From: the human T2T-CHM13v2.0 reference genome, Homo sapiens
Strand: one strand, 5' to 3'
Assembly (NCBI RefSeq): GCF_009914755.1
Contig: NC_060932.1
Length of the DNA: 64,000 nucleotides
Part shown: positions 56,251-64,000 of the stretch, one piece after another
Numbering within the stretch: the stretch's first letter is position 1
Layout: each line of letters begins with the position of its first letter
Notes under the pieces: model-generated
Seen by the model: only the letters and a program-made list of their open reading frames with translations
Databases searched by the model: none
Told to the model about the DNA's origin: nothing
Position numbers and translations under genes: made by a program

Positions 56251-57697
56251 CCAGACTCAGCTGCCCGGTAGCATATTCAGAACAGTCTCAGAAAAGGTAT
56301 TCTTTGACATCAGACTGTGCCAGCCTAACCACAGCCAGATACTTTTGACATCACATTCAGATGTAAACTTTCACTGTAGGAGATCATGAGGTGCACATAC
56401 AATTATAAGCACAAACATGTATATGTCCTCTCAGAACATATTTTACAAGTGGGCATCTGCATGATGCTTCTAATAATTTGTGATATCAGCACCATGGAGA
56501 CAGGATGGAAAAGTTCTTCTAGAACTCCCCAACCCCCAGGAGGAGAAGCACAGTGAAGCGAGTGATCTAGAGGCCTAATGGGTGAGGTGGGCCACATTGC
56601 AGAGGGTGGCATAAAACTAGCGGCGGCGGAGTTTCACTGCTGTTTGGAGTGGAAAGAGGGGTGATGAGAGTCGTGTGGGAGGAAAGTGAATCCTGCAGCA
56701 CCAGGCCAGCTCCAAGGAGGCACTGCTGCAGCAATCTTGTGGTAGGAGTGATCCATCCAGAGCAAAGCAAAGGACCTGGGGCTTAACCTGACTCGCCAAG
56801 GCCAGCTCAGGATAAAAAGAGATTCCAGGCCTATGGAGGGAAAAAATCTGCACCCATTACCTCTGAGATCCCCCCATATGTATACGAAGGTACAACTGTA
56901 GTCACCAGTGGAAAAGTATGAAGACTTTAAATGAAATGCTTTATTAAACATTAATATTTACATGGGCATGATCAATATTTTTTAAATGTGAAGGAAATTC
57001 TGAGTTGTTAAATAAGAGGTCTCATTTCCTTATTCTATCTTATATTATGTTCTCTTTTATATCATATGCACATTTACATACAGTATGTATATGTCAGATG
57101 TTCATGGCAGCAAGATTGCTTCATTTGATACTTAAAACATTAAAATGGGAATTTCCTCATATTCAAAGTGTTCAAATTTATTTTAATCACTTACATTTTT
57201 CAGCTGTCAAAAATGTGGAATATAAACAAATTTTACCACTTGGAAATGCTTACTTTGCTAGTCATCAAATAATAGCTTGCTGCAACTTTAAAAGATTCCA
57301 TGATTCAGCGCGTTTTCCTTTAAAATAGGTCTCCCAACCTGAAATTAGACAGCACTCAACCTTTAAACTTGGAACACTTTGTAAACTTTTAAAAGGAAAC
57401 TCTTCTTTAATGGTTCTATGAAATCCAGTCAAAGAATGATATGAAATGAATCTAATGGAAAGTCTTTTCCTTGTTGGAGAAGCAGTCAAAATAGAAACTT
57501 CTACAAAAGGACCGAATCACCCACAATGCTTCAAAGACTCTTGCGAGTGATTGTAAGAAAATCGGTCTGGATGAAATTTAGAGAATATTGTTCCTAATGA
57601 TCACCCCCTTTGAGGCTGTGAAAGGGCAACATCTGAAAGATGAGAGGAATTGCTGATAAAACGTAACTGATGGCAATTTTGCTCTTTTCCATCGTAG

Positions 57698-57792
57698 GTG
57701 CTGACGGCCACCCACCATCATCTAAAGAAGATAAACTTGGCAAATGACATGCAGGTTCTTCAAGGCAGAATAATTGCAGAAAATCTTCAAAG
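57698..57792 (+). other. SULF1: SULF1 non-coding internal exon (95 nt)
   Basis: Acceptor ttttgctcttttccatcgtAG|, donor AAG|GTATTC; gtgctgacggccacccaccatcatc... recognised as SULF1 leader. Confidence 0.9.
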
Positions 57793-58451
57793 GTATTCAT
57801 CAAATTTTTATCTCTAGCTTAAACCAAGGACCACCTGGGCACTCTATGTCACTTGAAGAGGGGAACATTTCACGGTTGGGGAATTGTTAAGAACTGGTAG
57901 AAACTGAAAAGTCAATGGTCCTCTACCTTCCCATCACATTCTCATTCTTGTTGACTGAGAGAGCTAAAAGGGGCCTTCCACGTGGTAGAGCCATGTCACG
58001 AAATCAGTCCTAAGAAATGTCAGAAGAACCATCTGAAAAATGGGAATCTAAACAATCATATGACTATTGACATATTATGAGCTGCTCAGGAAGGAAGCTC
58101 AGGGGAATTAGGGGGCAGTGTGGTAGGCCCGCCATGCACAGCCATCCACAACATACTCCACAGTGTCAGGAGTGAAAGCTGTACAGATATCTGATTTATT
58201 CACAGCTCGTCTTCACAGTTTCTTTCCTTGGCCAGATAAACATTAGTGCCAAGAGCTTTCATGGAGCCAGGGAGAGTTGTGGCAACCCATCTCAGCAATT
58301 TCACCTTGGTGGCAAAAACATTTCTAGGGTTTGGGTTCATATGAGGGTACAACCTCATGAGGCTTTTTCAAATGTCAACTTTGAGAGTTGCTCCCCTTCA
58401 CCCCTAAAAACTAATGCAATGAAAATGTTCAGTTCCTCTCTATTTCATTAG

Positions 58452-58812
<361 letters not shown>

Positions 58813-59584
58813 TGCTTGATTTTTATTCTAAGCCTTCCGTTGGCCCAAGGTGGCTTGGAATAAGTCCTGTAATCACCAAAACTTTCATGAACCTCACCTA
58901 AAAAGCAACGTCTTCAAGTCTGGCCCGAATTTCAGGTTTGCCTTTTGAGGGTTGTTTTATCCAGCTTCTCTTTCTAATACTTATCGAATTAAACATTTTT
59001 GCCTTCATTCTACAAGTATTACGTGAAGAAAGTGAATGGTTCAAAGTGTATAAGACAGGTTAGTTCTTTGACATAAAGTTATAAGCATCAGCAGTTTTTC
59101 TAGAATTCTTGGAGCTTTGTCTGAAGATGGCATGGGGTATTAACCCCCATGGCTGATTACAGCACTGTATCAGATGCTTGTCATAAACGAGCTGAATCCA
59201 CAGTAAGAGAAGATAAGTTGAAAGTTAGGTCTCCTTACTTCAAAGCTCTAACGTAAGAAGGAAATATTCTAAAACAGTAATTTCAAAAGATAAATGTTTA
59301 ATAATTCAATGAACAAGTTCATTGAATAACTAATAAGTTCAATGAACAGAACTGGAACTTCTCAAGAGTTATTTATCTCTTGAATCAGGTTGTGAACAAT
59401 TTTCTTTGTGAAACTCTAGCCTGATGCATCAATTTTTATGTTGGAAAAAACAAGGTTGGCCTTCAGTGCCATACCATTCAAAATTAACCGTAGAAGAGAC
59501 TGGAAAACCCCTGATACTACAAGAGCACCCTTCATCTTCTGAAGAGGTCCCTGAGGATCTGATTTCTCAAAGTATCTTTCTTAG

Positions 59585-59920
<336 letters not shown>

Positions 59921-60079
59921 TGAAAAGGCCACTTTTCTACAATGCCATGTTGTTTGTTATCTAGCTGGTAATCTTTCATGTTGCACTTTTCTCCCCCTAA
60001 TGTGTGATTTCACCACTGTGTTATGTCTTCTTCACTTCTCAGCACATCTTTATTATGGGAAAATACAAGTAAGTGTCTA

Positions 60080-60419
<340 letters not shown>

Positions 60420-62057
60420 TCATTTAGATTCACTTGCTCAAATTTAACATACAGAACATTTTTCTTGAAAATCTATGGATTCTGTATGAGACCTGGCTTC
60501 GATCTACTTTTTTTTAATCTTGGGGCTGGAAAATTCAAATTTAATGTTTGGCTTCAGAGATCTCTGCCCCTTTTCAACCAACTCCAGGATTTGAGCTGAA
60601 TTAGATAAGCAGACGAGTCACTTCCCACCACTACCTCTGTATTTATATATCCACAATCCTCCTTCTAGTCAATTTTATGGAAAGAAATGGATGTTTTTGG
60701 GTATGTGCTTGGACAATCATGTTTATAAAATAGGGACCACTTTACTGGACCTTAGAGTTTCAAAATGCTGCCCTGTGCATTTTTGATTGCCTCTCTGCTC
60801 ATATCATTTGGGTATAAAGTTCTTTCATTTAATATTCAGAACTGCTTACCTGTAGCTCATTGAACTTGGCATCACCTCTAAATTACATAACCCAAGAGAA
60901 AGTTCAAGGAGATACTATAAGCAAATCTCAGAAGCTGCCCAAGCATTTCCTGTCTTTCAGATTGCCAGATTGTCCCTTGTTCCAAGGAGAGATAGGTTGT
61001 ATTCACATATGAGAAGACACCAAAAGGACAATTAAATTTCACAGCTTGGGGGAGATTTTGAGGGTTCTCATCAAAAATGTTTACACCTATGGAACAGATT
61101 GCTTTTGTGTATGTGTGTGAAGCCTGGTTTTCAGCTTAAAATACACCTGCCAAAATATGAATGGCCTTTATTGTACCTTCTGGACACTAATATTGCACTG
61201 TTGGACAAGGTTTGGTGCGCACAGATGGGATAACTTAGAACAGCAACTATGTTGTTTTTGAGAAAATTAAGATTTTTCCTAGCCTTGTTAATACCTATTT
61301 GGGATGGAAAATTTTATTATAAGGATGGCTTAGCTGTGCCTGGCACTTTATTTTTAATATTATTTTAATTATTAAGTTAAATTTAGTGTATTAATCTAAA
61401 TGTAGGTGGTTTTTAAAATTGCCCATAGACTGTAACAGTAAACTAAACCTTTTCAAGGAATCAATATCAGATGTGGACCCTAAAACTTATCCTTGTCTTG
61501 CTTTAAGTGCATATTGGATACCAAGACAATGATAATTTGTCTTGCTGCAGAATATAGAGACCTATATTTGGGGGTGCTAAAAAGTAGACTCTTTTCCTTT
61601 GTGATTCCCCTTACATATTTTGAAACATTTCTCATTGAAGAGGACAATTTATTACACAGAATATCAACTCATTTAAAATTAGGTATTTGTTGTAAAAACC
61701 ATATAACAGTCGCTTAAGAGTTTTTTTTTTTTAAATCACACACTTAACCCAAATCAGTTGGTCTTTTCTTTATAAGTATATACTAAGTAGAATCATAGAA
61801 AATTGCTTCTATTTAACTATTGTTGGCCTACAAAAGCAGTGATTTCATAGGGTATTATCTAATATTTTATAAAATTGGAAACATGGAGAATGTACAATGT
61901 TTATTGTTTTGTTTTCACCTACCTTTGTGTCAAAACGGTTCATACAATTTCTGCATTGTCTTTTTAGTTCTTTTAAATTTGTGCATTGTGTTCCATTACA
62001 TGGATGTGGGACATATAAGTTGCTCATGCTTTTTCTCTATGAGAGAGATAACACTAA

Positions 62058-62062
<5 letters not shown>

Positions 62063-62090
<28 letters not shown>
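62063..62090 (+). repeat. (CA)n microsatellite
   Basis: Direct reading. Confidence 0.97.
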
Positions 62091-62093
<3 letters not shown>

Positions 62094-62437
62094 AATACCT
62101 CCCTTCACGTAGCCATTCTGTTTAGTTGCATTTTAATGATGGTTTTTAAATTGTCTTCTCCTGCACCATCCTCTTATCCCTTTGAGACTAATCACTTTCA
62201 CATGTGAGACTTCAATGCAAATCTAAGTGATAAGCAAATGTTAGTATGTACAAGCACACAGATTTGCACCCATGTATGTACATAGCTAAATGGATCTGCT
62301 TAGACCACAGTCCTCAAAGCCAGTGAGCTTATGTTTAAAGAAAATGCCAAACTCCAATTGGATGAGAAACATTGTGTCCATCAGGCTGTGCCATCTTTTG
62401 CAGGCTCCTCTCTCCTCCCATCTGACTGAGACCTGTC

Positions 62438-62451
62438 CCAGCAGGTGGCTC
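62438..62451 (+). promoter_or_regulatory. Candidate CTCF core motif CCAGCAGGTGGCTC
   Basis: 13 of 14 match to CCASYAGRKGGCRS. Confidence 0.45.
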
Positions 62452-63934
62452 TGTCAGTATGCTTCGGCTGCCAGTAAAATTGTGCTTTGCCTGATAATGG
62501 TGAGGAAGCAAACTCCAGAGATGTTGACCAACCCAAGGAAAACTCTTTGCTCTTGCCATAATGATACATTCAGGCAGGAAGTTAAGAGAAAAATAGCTCT
62601 TCCCCTGGTAAGGAAAGGAGTTTAATTACGATGAGGGTGGGGACTGGGGGACATTCACAAGTGGATATTAAGGAAAAAGAATGGGATGATGTCATTCTTT
62701 ACTGAGGCAGTCACTGAAATGAAATCAGGTCACACAACAATGGTCTTGTTCTATGCTCAAAAGCGCAAGTTGGTATGAGACATTACTTTGCGGTGATGCT
62801 CTCAGGAAGGGCCTAAGGGGCCGTGCTCACATGAAACTATTTCCCCAAACATCTTGAAGACAGGTCAAGAAGTGCAGAATCATTCCATCCAGTGCTGAAA
62901 TGGCCCACACTGGACCATCATTTGTTTCAGATCACCATGCCACAGTTTAGGATAGAAAAAGTGTCTGGATTCTTACAACACCATGAATTCAAAGAGGCAG
63001 AATATAGTGGTTCAATCTGGTATCAGGCCAGATGTTTTAAATTGGTTCCTTTTTTGCAGGATAATTTTAAATGGCATACTGAAATTAACATGGAATATAT
63101 TCCTCAGTGGAAGGTTTCAGGAAGTCACTTCCCAAGAAGAAATACTGCCTTGTATCGTGGTAGAGAATTTGTAGGGCTGATTAATTCCACTTACAGAGGA
63201 AGCATTTGATCTATGTTGATCTTGAGTCCTTAGTTCCAATGGCAAATATTCAATTTTAGGTTCCTTTTCTCAATGGTGTCCTAATTTGACCGCATTTATC
63301 TGCTTAGATTTCACAAGAGTGCATCATAATTATAAATGAAGAGTAGACTTTCTAAGAAGCCATTCCTGGAATAATTAGGTGGTGGGGTCAAATCCTGTTA
63401 TTAAGATTCTGTCATTATTGCATTAAATAGGGCTTAAAACAAATAAGCCATTGGCTGAGGCCTTTTTTGAGGATATTTTTACTGCAGGAATATTTATAAT
63501 AGGAGAATTGAAGTACTATAGGCTTTTTACATTGGTATCTGCAGTTTAGAGAATTTGCAAAAAAAATATTTTTTAGTAAGCCACTGGTCTTCAGGTGTAC
63601 GAACATATTGAGATATGAGGTCCTTCTCTCTCTTGCAGATTACATGAAAATGTAAAAAAAAATGGATTACAGTGGAAATTCATATTTGTTTTATGATTTT
63701 GCTCTCAAATTATTCAAGAACCTTGTGTCATAATCTGGCATGTAGGGGAAGCTGAGATGTGTATGGGACAAATATATTTGAAGACTGCTTTGGATCGTGG
63801 CCATCAGAATGAAAAGAGGCACATTTTGAAGGAGTCCTTTTTTGGCAGACACTAAAGTAAACCTCAGGGATTCCTGCTACCCTTATTTTTAAAAAGAAGG
63901 TAATTCAGCTGTGGGGTTTTTGAGAGAAGATAAT

Positions 63935-64000
63935 TATTATTTTTTTTTTTTTTGAGATGGAGTTTTGCTCTTGTTGCCCAGGCTGAAGTGCAATGGCACG
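63935..64000 (-). mobile_element. Alu (AluSp/Sq-like), cut by window end
   Basis: Poly(T) then gagatggagttttgctcttgttgcccagg. Confidence 0.9.

Overview
Primate (almost certainly human) genomic DNA, rich in Alu, L1, L2 and MIR repeats, with no protein-coding exon. I recognise it from memory of the mRNA leader as the 5' end of SULF1 (heparan sulfate 6-O-endosulfatase 1) on the + strand. It holds two alternative first exons about 26 kb apart (donors after 22773 and 48948) and two internal non-coding exons (51588-51749 and 57698-57792), all with canonical splice sites; the coding ATG lies beyond the window. The supplied ORFs are repeat-derived or chance ORFs. I found no new gene system. The most notable signals are: a perfect (AAGGG)60 tract replacing an Alu A-tail, the same architecture as the RFC1/CANVAS repeat; a ~138-bp inverted copy of nearby unique DNA pasted into an AluJ, plus several smaller template-switch scars; a young AluYa5 inserted into the target-site duplication of an older Alu; and a splicing-dependent set of uORFs in the SULF1 leader. 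Repeat subfamilies and boundaries are by eye and approximate.
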